DNA of 63,493 nt, the filler included, from Folioceros fuciformis (lineage: Eukaryota): assembly GCA_049999805.1 (NCBI GenBank). It is 5 parts of 5 records of this genome, joined end to end, with 100 filler letters (N's around TTAATTAATTAA, not from the genome) between each part and the next. Parts side by side here need not be neighbours in the genome. Positions count along the whole stretch, not along the records: positions 40,226 to 57,088 come from JBNGIO010004069.1; positions 57,189 to 63,493 come from JBNGIO010004077.1; 3 more parts are not named here. The stretch is one strand, 5' to 3'. The position numbers and the translations under genes are program-made. Of the stretch, positions 50,901-62,940 are shown piece by piece. Positions within the stretch are counted from its first letter, which is position 1. Each line of letters opens with the position of its first letter. A model generated the notes under the pieces. The model saw only the letters and a list, made by a program, of their open reading frames with translations, searched no databases and had not been told where the DNA came from.

Positions 50901-51678
50901 GGGCAGCATCCCGACCATCTCATTTGGGAGGTAACAGTGATCATAATGGGATTGTTAGTAGACAATGCAGCAAATGGACATGCTTGGAATTGGTGTCTGC
51001 AGTTCAATGTTAAACAAGGTTGCGGTGCAGGCCCTTGACAAATGCCAGCTCGGAGATGTGATTCGAGAAAGGCCACATGGATTGGATTCTCCAGGTGCCG
51101 CTAAACTAAACTTTTGCCCTTGCGTTAAGGTCTACATTGCACGGGCGGGAAAGAGGAACCAACCTATTTTGCTCGTTTTCATGGGCATGCAGTCGGGGAT
51201 GATGGCGAGAACTGGAGCGCGGGACAGAGGCAACTCTTCTGTTTGGGTAGAGTTTTGCTGAAGCACAGCCGTATTCTGGTTCTGGATGAGGCCACAGCGT
51301 CAATAGACAATGCCACGGACTCCCTTCTTCAGAAAACAATTCGGCAGGAATTCTCGGAATGCACCGTCATAACTGTGGCACACAGAATCCCGACCGTGGT
51401 GGACAGCGACATGGTTTTAGCCCTACACGACGGTGCAACGCTTTCCCGCTCTGGATTCACCTCCATTATCACTCTTGTTGTACATTTGCTCTCTTGCTTG
51501 CCAGGCAGTGGGTATTCACTACTGATCACACTGTGTCTTTGCGGATGTAGGTGAAATAGCCGAGTTTGACCAACCATTCAAGCTGCTGGAAGATAGCACA
51601 TCCCTGTTTGCGAAACTTGTTGCCGAGTACTGGTCCCACGCCCAGCACGTGTCGGAAAGCGGCCACGATCAGGACTAG
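44967..51678 (+). CDS. ABCC: ABC transporter C family (MRP), ~12 exons; first exon 44967-45012 tentative
   Basis: TMD0-TMD1-NBD1 ([21 protein letters not shown])-TMD2-NBD2 ([22 protein letters not shown]). GT-AG introns; stop TAG 51676-51678. The tentative phase-1 first exon splices to the acceptor at 45981. Confidence 0.95.
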
Positions 51679-52339
51679 AAGCAAGAGACGTCACGTACTA
51701 GGCTTACCATAAGCCTGGGGTGAAGCTGCACAAGTCGTCTAGCTCACAAATTTAAGCGAACGACTGGGTGTGAAAACGAATTCGCGAGGCGAAACTCTGT
51801 AAGTGTCTCTCAGACTCAAGTTTCATACGATGTTTTGACTTCACGCTTCTTTCCTGACCGAGAGTGTTTCTTCTCCTCGTCTTCGTGCTATACGTCCAGG
51901 GCAACGCTACCTTCCCCGAATGTATGAACCAGGGGCGTGGTGTGGGTGTATTGCCCTGCCTCGGTCGTAGATCAGCGTCCCAGAGCTGTGGGATACAGCC
52001 GACGTTCCGTCGTAGTGTATCTAGGTCGGTACAAGCTCTTGTGTACTGTAGTGGTATCGGGTATCCAACAACCAGTATTGCTATATGTATGTCTGTCAAC
52101 TTTGGGGCCATAAAGGGGAAAGGGCAGGTGATGTGAAATTCAATTTGTTGGAAATGTGTGGATGTGGATTTCAGGCACCGACACATCGGTATGGTTTTCT
52201 TTAACCCTATATTATAAAGGAATATGCCGCAAAAAACCGGTACTAACAACCGGCTCATCGTTATTTTTTTTTAAACCTACATTTTAGGGGAATATAATGC
52301 GGCTTTAAGTATGTTCTAGGGTTCTTCTTGTGGATAATG

Positions 52340-55300
52340 GGGACTATACTATATACTTCTTCTCAACATGTGATTGTTGTTTGTCTTAAAGCTTTTCAGA
52401 CAGGTCATTGTGGCTTCTCACTCTTGTGGAAGGGCTTTGATGTAGAGCTGAAGCAAGCGAGGTGGGCTAGTGGGCATGTAAGTCTAGAGCATGGAATAGT
52501 AGATCTTGTTTTTTTCGTGAAGGAAAAAAATCGGATTATAATAGCATGCGCTGTTAATAGGATACAAGACGTGAAGCAGGGACTAAGGAGCAAAGCCACC
52601 TGAGTTTTTGACATTGACTATCGACTATGGGTAGAAACCTGAGGTAGTATCTACAAACAGCACTGTGCACCAAAGAGGGACACTCTATTGAAGTTGGGGC
52701 CATCGAGGATATATCAATCCCTCCAAGGGCACGAGTGGTTCCACCTCATTGCCTTCCCTAAGGCGAGGAAACTAACTCTTCTCCAATCCCTACATTTGAA
52801 TTTCCTCGGAGATGTCGTTCTTATCCCCTCAGCAGCAATCAAAACCTGCTCCCAGATTCTCCATGACAAGGATTTAACTGACACTAGTTTTTTTCCACTG
52901 TAAACCACTGCCATCCAATTGCGCCACAAACTTGAGAGACGAGCTCCACAATAGGCCCCACTATTGAAACCAGAGTAGAGGTTTGTCCGAGGACTCTCTA
53001 AGCCCAACAAGGGCTATTTGTTCCGTAATGGTGACATTTGCCACTGGGAGGAGGCGCCGCAACCACTTCGCAATCTCCCCTGAAACTTCTTGAGCAAAGG
53101 CATATCGGAAGAAGAGGTGCTGAATTTTGTTTGGTGCACCCACAGTGCACATCTTGCAAAATTCTTCCCCTATTACCACAAGTAAACCATCCCACTAGTT
53201 CGTTGTGGGCAAGCATGCTTGAAAAAGACACCAAATCAACAACCTCACCTTTGGGGAGACATCAATAGCTGACCAGAGAAGGTGGAGAGAGGCTTGTTGT
53301 CCACAAATGGGCAACCTCATCCTTAGAGCCATCGGGTCCCGTTTGAGACTCCTTTGAAGCGTGATCAACTAATGATAGATATCTACGGTACAAACGTTAA
53401 AGAGGGAGCTAGAGCTTTTAGAGTTGCTACCTGGGCGTTTGGGCCATCAAAAGAGGTTAGGCTGCATAGTAAGTTCCCAGTCCTCTACAAGATGGAACGA
53501 GCACAAACTCTTGGCAATGATTGCCAAGGAGGATTGCCCCTTGGAAAGTTCCTCCTCAATGTGCCATCTACTTGCTTGGGTGGAATGGGACAACATTGTG
53601 ATGGGTCGTAGGGTTCCACTACCTCTCAGCCCATCTTTACGTCCCTGTCCTTCTAGTAGACCACATGAGGAAGCTATTCTGAAGGATAGGGCAATAAGTT
53701 GTGGCCTCAACCTAGAGATGAAAACCGCTCTATCATACTCCAAAAGGGTCACCTCCCCTTCCAAATGCTCTCCTTCCTCCCTACCCTCCATCACGTAGGC
53801 TCCCTATTCATTTGCTGCTACCCCTGACGGTGCCAGCAAAGCTTGTCTAGGGCTATCCTCCATGCCAATCTGCAACCATTTAAACATGACCCTTAGATGG
53901 CGAGCAGGAAGTGCAAATTCCTCCTGGAGTATGTAAATCTCTTTCCAACAGTTCTCTATTGTGTTCCACAAGTGACCTACATGTGATAGTCCTTGTCTAC
54001 TGGCCCTTCTGAAAATTTGTAATCGATACACCCGGGAAGTGTACTCTTAATGCCACAACTTGTGAAATCCCTACAAGGGAAGCCCAAGCACACCATTCAT
54101 GCAAGTTGGCTTACTAGGGCAAAGAATCTTCTTCACCTCAACATAGCTTAGCCAAATTGCCTTGAAGAGCGGAGAGCAACAGTCAATGTCGAGCCGAGGC
54201 CTATCTATTAGAATGTTGTCCACTCTTCTCCGCCCCTATAGCACAACTCGTGTGGGCTCGAAATGTTGAGTGAGGAAGCTCTTCCATGGGTACGGAGATG
54301 GGTCAATGACCCTGATCAGCCATTGTGCATGAAGTGCTTGAGCGTTACTCCTGGAGTCTACTAACCCGAGATCCCCCAACCGCTTAGGTTGGATCATTTG
54401 ATGCCAAGCAACCTTTTGCATAGATCCAGAGTCCTCTCCACCTCAATTCTGCAGCAAGTTGGACAAAACCTACTGCAAGCCTCTAAACTCCAGCTTGGTG
54501 GGTGCCCATAGGAAAACGTAATATCATAGGGAAGCGGTCAGGATGTAAATAATCACCAGCAATCTCCGATTAAGCTCTAGTAGGCGAAGACCTACTACTT
54601 TCTGGATGAACCTCCGAACAACAAATTTGCCAATTTTGTTGTTTTCCTCAGTCTCTTGAGAAGGCAGGCCAAGGTGTTTGTGTGCGGAACCCTGGGCACT
54701 CGTATTTTGTGGTTAATGCACTGTAGCACTTTGCTTCCCATATTCAAACATAGCATGCGTGTCTTCCCCCAATTGACCCTGCATCCTGAAAGTTGGCCAA
54801 AGACCTGCACCTGATGCAACATAGCTTGCAAAGAGGACTCAAAAGCCAAGGAGAAGAGCATAGTGTCATCCGCAAAAGCTGAGATGCAGAGTTGTGAGCC
54901 ATCTGGAGCCTTTATGGCCTCAATGTTTGAGTCTTGCTTAACTGCCGTAAGGAAGAAGTCAGTGACAAACGTTGCATGCCCCAATTATGGCTGCTGAAGT
55001 CCTTCAAGCTATCAAGGACATGCCGAGGAACAAGTCTTTAGACCATGCTAGTATCTCTCCTCAATTCCTACTCTGGGGATCCATTGATTTCATGAAACGT
55101 TGATCCTTGGAAATTGTAGCAGGGAATTGGCCATATGTTGAGGACCAAAGAGGTTCCCACCATGTGCTTTTACCAAGAGTGGTGAACATTCCAATATAGA
55201 AATAGACAATCAATTTCTTCAGTCCTACCAAAGATTCTTGGAGCACGTGTTGGGCATTGAGGAGAGCAGGGATCCTAGATTTGTGTCGATTGGCAGCCAC

Positions 55301-55860
55301 CTTGTCAAAGAAAAATTTGGACGGACAGTCGCCTTCTTTGACCCACTTGACTTTCACTCTATGGAACCACCCCTTGGCCCTATCTTCTTCAAGCTCCGCA
55401 ATGGATCATAGTTGTTCTGTATTTCGCTGCACTATCAGTGAGGTCAATTCGCGCATTTCACTCAAGTTTTGTAGGTACCTTAATTCATCACACTAGAAAT
55501 CCTCCTGTTGTCGTTGTTCTTTCTTTCGCTTGGCTACAAATCCCCTTAGGAACTTAGTGGCTTCAGTATTCGCTGTTATTAGCCTTTGAATTATTGGCTC
55601 CTTTCGTTCTTCCGCCACTCGCCAAATATGATTGATATGGTCATAAACTCCTTTTTCTACTAGTAGGGAATTATTCATCTGGAAGGACTGACTACATTCT
55701 TGTGACCTTCCAACATTCGCATTGAGGGACGGAAATAGACTCACAAGGTGATGGTCCAAAAGGACTTGTGAAGTAGTAGATCTTGTGAAAGAGTTGGCAT
55801 AGATTTGGGATAATCGTGGATGGTGCAAAGGACATAGTGTAGACAAATGCAAACAATACC
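52340..55860 (-). mobile_element. Degenerate L1-type LINE (ORF2 remnants)
   Basis: Endonuclease tail (DHHLV), KWVKEGDCPSKFFF, RT ISAFADDTMLF..SGCRVNWGKT, KVAWHQMIQPKRLGDLGL and zf-RVT CKMC..QHLFF. Boundaries approximate. Confidence 0.88.
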
Positions 55861-56329
55861 AATCTTAAAATTAGTTTGTTGTGTTCCTACCGCATGATTG
55901 TGGAGAGAACATTGCTTGTGGTGGTACTACTTATCTCAAGACATGGAATGGCCTCCATGGTGCCTGCTCTTGACTTGAATGAGGCATCCTAGGAGTTGAG
56001 TGCAAGCTTTAGTTGCACGCGGAAGATGGCACTAATGCAGGCATGTAGTGGGAGATAGTAGTCGAGGGTGAGAAGGTTGTGTAATGGGGCAAGTATGAAG
56101 GTAGTTCCAAATTGAAGATTGCCTAACAAAAGGCCTTTGCACACGGCAGTTGCAAGTAGATTACAAGGGGCAGTTGCATATTGTAGTTGCAAATTGCCTT
56201 CTAGATTGCCTTACACTTGGCTTTGGAGATTACCTTCCATATGGCCTCGAATGCTGCAGTTTTGATTTGCAATTGTTAACATCACTTGCATACTCTTGCC
56301 TTGAATACTTCTTGAACAATCAATGTGCA

Positions 56330-56630
56330 AGGACCCTTGCCTGCAAGATGTTGCAATTTGCAGTTGCTCACAATAACTTGCACACCCTTACCTTGTACAC
56401 TTCTGGAACAATCGGTGTGCAAGGAACCCTTACCTGCAAGATGTTGCAATTTGTAATTGCTGACAATAGCTTGACACCCTTGCCTACAAAATGTTGCAAT
56501 TTGCAATTGCTGACAATAACTTGTACACCCTTACCTACAAAATATTGCAATTTATAATTGCTAACAATGGCTTACACACCCTTGCCTAAAATATGTTTCA
56601 ATTTGCAATTGTTGACATTGACTTGCATGC
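56330..56630. repeat. ~51-bp tandem repeat (cccttgcctacaaaatgttgcaatttgcaattgctgacaataacttgtaca), ~5 copies
   Basis: Units read directly from sequence. Confidence 0.9.
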
Positions 56631-56921
56631 ATGTCAAGCATAATCGTGTGATGTCGTTTAGGTTCATGCAAATAGTATTGAGTTAATAATTAAGTTATGC
56701 TAATAAGGAGTATTAGTAGTAATTAATAAAATATTTTGTTAAGATAATAAAAAAATATTATATACTATGAAGTCAACAAGATAGACTAAATTGTATATAC
56801 AACATATTTGAGAACTCTATATCGATAAGTGAGTTGGTTATTTTCATTAGACTACCGTGATGAAAAAGCCGTAATAGGCCCGACACATATAATGCCCGAT
56901 TGGGCCTTCTACGTTGTGGCT

Positions 56922-57088
56922 TGTGGTACTATGTACAGTACCGCATGTGTAGTTCATGTGGTGTGGTATTATGTACAGTACTGCATGTGCAGTTCATGTG
57001 GTGTGGTACTATGTACAGTACGGCATGTGCAGTTCATGAGATGTGGTACTATGTACAGTACTGCATGTGCAGTTCATGTGGTGTGGTA
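56922..57088. repeat. 40-bp tandem repeat (tgtggtactatgtacagtactgcatgtgcagttcatgtgg) running into gap
   Basis: About 4 copies visible. Confidence 0.9.
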
Positions 57089-57719
57089 NNNNNNNNNNNN
57101 NNNNNNNNNNNNNNNNNNNNNNNNNNNNNNNNTTAATTAATTAANNNNNNNNNNNNNNNNNNNNNNNNNNNNNNNNNNNNNNNNNNNNCCCAATGGTGGG
57201 GCCTATTGTGGTCTTCTTGTCTTTTTCATCTCTGGGTTAACTGGTCCGCGGTGGTTTATGGAGGACAGGAGTCGGCCTCACCGAAAGCTTTGTTATGGCG
57301 CATTTAGGAGCATGTACTGAAAGCAGCAGAAGCTCTGGAGCAATCCCGTCGGAAGCAGTTCAAGCGGAAAGATTAGAGGACAACGGGCTTTTATCGCCTG
57401 GGAAAGATCGCTGGAATCACTCGTGCCCATGGGGAAGGTGAGTCTTTAGGGTCCGTGAGAGGATTAGAGGTGGATGTATCAGTGGCTTTGGCAGTTTGCG
57501 GGTACCATCGGGGAGGGGAGCGCTCTCGGAGCGCCTTGTGTTGAGTTTTGGGCTCAAGGCCAGTTTCCCCCTCTCTTTTGGTACTAGATTTATGTACATA
57601 CGTTAGCAGGGTTTTCCTTTGTATTGTAAGTGGGAGGAGTCTTCTACTCATAATCAGAATTATTTTTTTTCTCGAAAAAAAAAGAATCCTCATTTGATGT
57701 TATGGTGCAGTAGGCATCC

Positions 57720-58235
57720 TTCATGGATGCTATGGAGGTGGTGGAATCCCCATTGAATGATATGCAAATGATGGAATCATCCCATGCATTGGATGGCATG
57801 GAGTGGATGGAATTGTGCCACCAATTGGATGATATGGAGGNNNNNNNNNNNNNNNNNNNNNNNNNNNNNNNNNNNNNNNNNNNNNNNNNNNNNNNNNNNN
57901 NNNNNNNNNNNNNNNNNNNNNNNNNNNNNNNNNNNNNNNNGAGTGGATGGAATTGTGCCACCAATTGGATGATATGGAGGTGATGGAATTGTGCCACCAA
58001 TTGGATGATATGGAGGTGATGGAATGGGCCCATGCATTGGATAGAATGGAGGGGATGGAATTAGTTGATGCATTGTATGTCATGGAAGGGGTGGAATTAG
58101 CCTCAATGCCTTGGATGGAATCTGCCCCCATGCCTTGGATGTCATGGAGGGAATGGAATCAGCCAATGCACTAGATGACAAGGAGATGATAGAATCAGCA
58201 AATGCATTGGATAACAAGGAGATGATAAAATCCAA
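57720..58235. repeat. Degenerate ~36-bp minisatellite (gatggaattgtgccaccaattggatgatatggaggt family)
   Basis: Tandem units on both sides of a 100-N gap. Confidence 0.85.
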
Positions 58236-58809
58236 AGCATTTTGATATTTTTCTGCAACATAGATGAAAAACAATTACAAATCTTCACAAACTTGTACAA
58301 CACACATCTTTTACCACTCACTACATAATATGTCACTATCTGTGCATTAACTGCAAGATAAAGACGCCGGCTGGCTGGCATCCCCCCATCACTCCCCCTC
58401 TATTGACAATCTTACGGAATTTTAAAATCGTTAGAGAGGTGCCGACCGGCCGGCGCCCTCTTCCCCATAGGCATAGTTCAGCTACGGTTGCAGCTACTAG
58501 AGGAATCTCGCGTACAATCCTCCTTCTCATTGGTGTCCTAAACCTAGCTGGCAAAACTAGCATTACGGGCGGAAGTGTAGTAAGGCCAAACCTAACCCCC
58601 CACTCAATGAGGATGGTGACGGTGGAGCTGCATGGCACTTCTTATTCTAGCGTCCCCCTTTGGAAGGCCGTACACACGTCCAAACTCAATAAAGGCAAGA
58701 CATCAAAACATGAAAGTCATGATTGATTTGCGGACTTCCTAAGAATGTGACATCATCACCATCCTTCCCTAACTTCCATAGTGATCAAATTATGTAATGT
58801 TGCAACAGG

Positions 58810-58982
58810 CAATGAATCCATCCCCATGCCGTAGATGGCACGGAGGGGATGGAATCAGCCCCCATGCCATGGATGCCATGGAGAGGATGGAATCAGCCAA
58901 TGCATTTGGATGACAAGGAGATGATAGAATCAGCCAATGCATTGGATGACACGGAGATGATAGAATCAGCCAATGCATTGGC
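58810..58982. repeat. Second block of the same ~36-bp minisatellite family
   Basis: gatgatagaatcagccaatgcattggatgac units matching 58140-58235. Confidence 0.85.
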
Positions 58983-59255
58983 CTCCTTCCTACTCCTAGT
59001 TCCGGGTCAAAACCTAACCTTGCAGCGCCTGGATCCGGAAGTTTGGAATTTGGCAGGAGCAAGCATCGCTTAATAGAAATATGTATGTAGGATCCTACAT
59101 TCAATTTGAATTGTACACATGAATTGGCGACTTAAAATGCATTTTGTACCGCCCGATGGCAGCACCCTGTACACTAGCCAGAAGGAGGAAGTTTAGAAAA
59201 ATGAACGGGCACACGTATCTGTCTGCGTATTTCGGCTGGTGATCGGGGACTGAGA

Positions 59256-62200
59256 TTAGTCTTGGCAAACATCCATCTTCTCTACTTCAGCAAAGGTCGA
59301 GTCTAGGAATGAATGCTTCTGATTCCCAACTACAAAACTATGCACCAGTCCGTCCATGTCTGTCCACCAGCTTTGACCTGCCCGCTTCCAGGCACTGATT
59401 CCAATTCTCTTGGCCTGCGTCGCTTGTGCTTCCTTCCACATCTGGGCACTGGTGTATATGCTTGACATGAGCACATAGGCAGCCGCATCTTTCTTGTCTA
59501 GCTTCACTGCTTCGTCAAAAGCCCACCGTCCCACCTCCACGTTGCCCCACTTTCGACACGCACCCAACAGAGTCTGCCAAAGTGCAGCATCTGGGAGGAC
59601 AGGCATTGACTTCACCAAAGCTACTGCCTCATCTAGTCGGCCTGCCCGGCCCAGGAGATCTACCACGCATGTGTAGTGCTCCACTGTGGGGGTTATCCCG
59701 TACAGTATCAACATATCCTCAAAGTATTGTCTCCCCTTGTTTACCAGCCCGCTGTGACTGCATGTTGTCAGTACGCCTAGAAGCGTGATGTCATTTGGCT
59801 GTACCCCATCCTCTCTCATTCTGAGAAGCAAATTACAAACCTCTTCACTGTAACCTTGCCTGCTGTACCCTGTGATCAGAGCATTCCAGGAGAGCACGTT
59901 TCTCTCCGGCAATGCCTCAAACACTTGCTGTGCTTCATCCATGCTCCCACACTTGGCGTACATGTTTATCAAACTCTGGGCTATGATCACATCATTTTCG
60001 AGCCCCTGGGCTTCGATCTGTGCATGTAAATGCCTTCCCAGATGCAAGGCTGCCACATTAGCACATGCCTGCAGGAGGCAGGCAAATGTCACACAATCCG
60101 GGATTGTTTTATCATCTGCTTGCATAGCACTGTACAGACGAAGGGCCTCTTGGCTATCGCCTTGCCGGGCATATCCTGAGATCATGGCATTCCATGTAAC
60201 CACGGTCCTTGCAACAAGTCCATCAAACACTGTTTGAGCGTCTTTTAGGCTGCCACACTTCGCATACATGGTCACCAAGCTGTTCGCAACAACCACATGA
60301 GCTTGAAGCTCTCGCCCTCGTATTTGCTCATGAAGCTGTTTCCCCGTCTCCAGAGCTGGGCTGCCCTCACTTGCACACGCCTGTAGGAGGGACACAAATG
60401 TGTCAGCATTTGGTGCTGCCATGCCATCTCTTTGCATGACACTGTAGACACGAAGGGCCTCCCGTCCCATGCCCTGCTGGGCGTACGCAGCTATCATGGA
60501 ATTCCATGTCACCACATTCTTTTCGGCAAGTTCATTGAACACCGTCTGAGCATCCTCTAAGCTACCACACTTTGCATACATGCTCACCAGACTACTGCCT
60601 ACAAAAACGTCAGCCTGATATCCTGATTCTCTAATCTGAGAATGAAACTGCTTCCCCTTCTCCAAAGCTGGGGGCCCAACATGTCCACAGGCTTGCAATA
60701 GGCAGACAAATGTCAAAGAATCTGGTGCTGTATTGCTATCTTCTAGCATACAATTGAACAGATGAAGCGCTTCTTGGCCCCTACCCTGCTGGGAGTACAG
60801 AGAAATCATGGTATTCCATGTTACTACATCTTTGCTACCGAGTCCATTGAAGACTCTTTCAGAGTCATCCAAGCTACCACACTTTGCGTACATGTTTACC
60901 AAACAATTGCCTATGAGCACATCAGCTTCATGTCCTCCTTTTCTAATTTGTGTATGCAGCAGCTTCCCCTTATCCAATGCCCGGGTACCCACCATTGCAC
61001 ATGCTTTCAGGAGGAACACAAACGTCACGGAGTTGGGCACGGCAATTCCGTCTTCCTGCATAGCGCTGTACAGGACAAGGGCCTCCTCGCCCATTCCATG
61101 CTGGGAATATCCTGCAATCAGAGCAGTCCATGTCACCACATCTTTTTGAACAAGTCCATCAAACAGATTTTGAGCATCCTCCAAGCGTCCACACTTTACG
61201 TACATATGTACCAAACTGTTTGCTACAAACACATCAGCTTGATGTCCGCCTTCGCTAATTCGTGCATGAAGCTCCTTCCCCTTCTGCAGAGCTGGGCTGC
61301 CCACATTCGCACACGCTTGCAGGAGGCAAACAAATGTCACCGCATTGGGAACAGCAATGCCTTCTTCTTCCATCTTACTATGCAGACGAAGGGCTTCCTG
61401 GTCCATGCCCTGCTCAGTATACCCTGCAATTAGGGCAGTCCATGTCACCACATCTTTTTGACCAAGTCCGTCAAACACTCTCTGAGCGTCCTCCAAGCTT
61501 CCACACTTTGCATACATGTCGACCAAACTATTGCAGATAAACAAATGAGGCTGGACCCGATCAGCCAACACATCAGCGTGCACCTGCTTGCCTGTTTCCA
61601 AGTCTGATCCCCTTGCACAAGCCTGAAGGGCTGCCACAAATACATGCCCATCTGCCTTCACACGTGACCTGCGCATCTCATGGTACAGTTGAACGGCCTG
61701 CTTGTCTTTTCCATCCTTCACATGCGCAGATATTATGGAGGACCACATGAAGGCATCTGGCTCTTGCACCATGGTAAACACATCCATCGCGTCCTGCAAT
61801 CTGCCATTCCAAGCATACATTCGGAGTACGTGATTGCAAAGAAACGTATCTGACTGGTAACCGCTTTTTACTGTCAAAGCATGGATGCGGCGACCCAGAA
61901 TAAGCTCCTTCTTCACCATACAGCCCTTGAGGACAGTATACAAAAGACCTTTGTCAATAAAACAGTCCGTCTGCAGCAGAACTCCCAGAGCCTCAACAGC
62001 CTCAGCAAGAAAACCCTCACGACAGAGCTTGCTTACGGATTGAGGAGTCACATCCCTGCTGTATCCTGCAGGCCTGCGAGGATCAGGATCGTCCGCTAAG
62101 CTCCATTCGGATTTTGATACAGAATGGGCCCCCTCCACATCCAGGGAAAGGGCGGCAAGCTCTCTACCCACCTGAGACTCTGGACACAAGAGCTCCTCCC

Positions 62201-62417
62201 AACCACGCTCGCTGGAAGATCCGTCTCCAGACATACATCCTCTTGGACAGGGCGTCGTATTGCAGGAGCATGCACCTTGGTCCTTTCCCAGGGCCTGGTT
62301 CCTTACAGACAGATGACCAAGAGCCCTGCCACTTGTAGCTCCAAACCGAGGAGGTTGTTGAGTCCATGACACTCGATCCCACAACGGGTTCTGTTTTGCA
62401 ACACTCCAGATGGACAT
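59256..62417 (-). CDS. PLS-class PPR protein with E1-E2-E+ tail and no complete DYW domain; candidate organellar RNA-editing factor
   Basis: Intronless 1053-aa ORF with a transit-peptide-like N-terminus and ~23 L/S/P motifs ending P2-L2-S2, then E1 (AALWQTLLGACR), E2 and AGQSWWTD..HSFVVG. Stop precedes the HxE/CxxC motifs. Confidence 0.95.
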   Translation of the reverse strand: MSIWSVAKQNPLWDRVSWTQQPPRFGATSGRALGHLSVRNQALGKDQGACSCNTTPCPRGCMSGDGSSSERGWEELLCPESQVGRELAALSLDVEGAHSVSKSEWSLADDPDPRRPAGYSRDVTPQSVSKLCREGFLAEAVEALGVLLQTDCFIDKGLLYTVLKGCMVKKELILGRRIHALTVKSGYQSDTFLCNHVLRMYAWNGRLQDAMDVFTMVQEPDAFMWSSIISAHVKDGKDKQAVQLYHEMRRSRVKADGHVFVAALQACARGSDLETGKQVHADVLADRVQPHLFICNSLVDMYAKCGSLEDAQRVFDGLGQKDVVTWTALIAGYTEQGMDQEALRLHSKMEEEGIAVPNAVTFVCLLQACANVGSPALQKGKELHARISEGGHQADVFVANSLVHMYVKCGRLEDAQNLFDGLVQKDVVTWTALIAGYSQHGMGEEALVLYSAMQEDGIAVPNSVTFVFLLKACAMVGTRALDKGKLLHTQIRKGGHEADVLIGNCLVNMYAKCGSLDDSERVFNGLGSKDVVTWNTMISLYSQQGRGQEALHLFNCMLEDSNTAPDSLTFVCLLQACGHVGPPALEKGKQFHSQIRESGYQADVFVGSSLVSMYAKCGSLEDAQTVFNELAEKNVVTWNSMIAAYAQQGMGREALRVYSVMQRDGMAAPNADTFVSLLQACASEGSPALETGKQLHEQIRGRELQAHVVVANSLVTMYAKCGSLKDAQTVFDGLVARTVVTWNAMISGYARQGDSQEALRLYSAMQADDKTIPDCVTFACLLQACANVAALHLGRHLHAQIEAQGLENDVIIAQSLINMYAKCGSMDEAQQVFEALPERNVLSWNALITGYSRQGYSEEVCNLLLRMREDGVQPNDITLLGVLTTCSHSGLVNKGRQYFEDMLILYGITPTVEHYTCVVDLLGRAGRLDEAVALVKSMPVLPDAALWQTLLGACRKWGNVEVGRWAFDEAVKLDKKDAAAYVLMSSIYTSAQMWKEAQATQAKRIGISAWKRAGQSWWTDMDGLVHSFVVGNQKHSFLDSTFAEVEKMDVCQD

Positions 62418-62499
62418 GAGGTTCAGGATTTACATGCTCCACAGCTGCAGCTGATATTGCCGGCAGTAATACCACAGCTGGAGCACCTACATGTGCACA

Positions 62500-62940
62500 G
62501 CTCCTGGCCCTCTCACCTATCCTGTCCTGTCTCCTTAGTTTTGAACTCGTTTGCCTTGAAGATGGCTCGATGTTCGGGAAATGCTGTGCCCATGCTTGCA
62601 CATGCCTACGGTAGGCACACAATTGTTACAGACGGAGTTTGGCACCACCACGTGATGTTCTTGAAGCGAGGTGTCGAGACAATGTGTCATGGCTCACCCG
62701 CGATCCCAGCAATCCATGTCACCACATTCTTTCATTCCATTTTACCACAGCCTTTCATCACTCAGTGCACGAACGCCCTGTGAGCGTCCACTAGACTGCC
62801 GGCCAAACGAGTGCGCGATCGCCCTGAGAGCGTCCACTAGACTGCCGGCCAAACGAGTGCGCGATCGCCCTGTGAGCGTCCACTAGACTGCCGGCCAAAC
62901 GAGTGCGCGATCGCCCTGTGAGCGTCTACTACGCTGCCAA
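62500..62940 (-). pseudogene. PPR remnant upstream of the intact PPR gene
   Basis: GSLVDAHRA, KNVVTWIAGIAG* and VVPNSVTIVCLP*ACASMG fragments. Confidence 0.7.
62774..62930. repeat. 46-bp tandem repeat, 3 full copies plus a partial
   Basis: cgccctgtgagcgtccactagactgccggccaaacgagtgcgcgat starting at 62774, 62820, 62866 and 62912. Confidence 0.95.
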
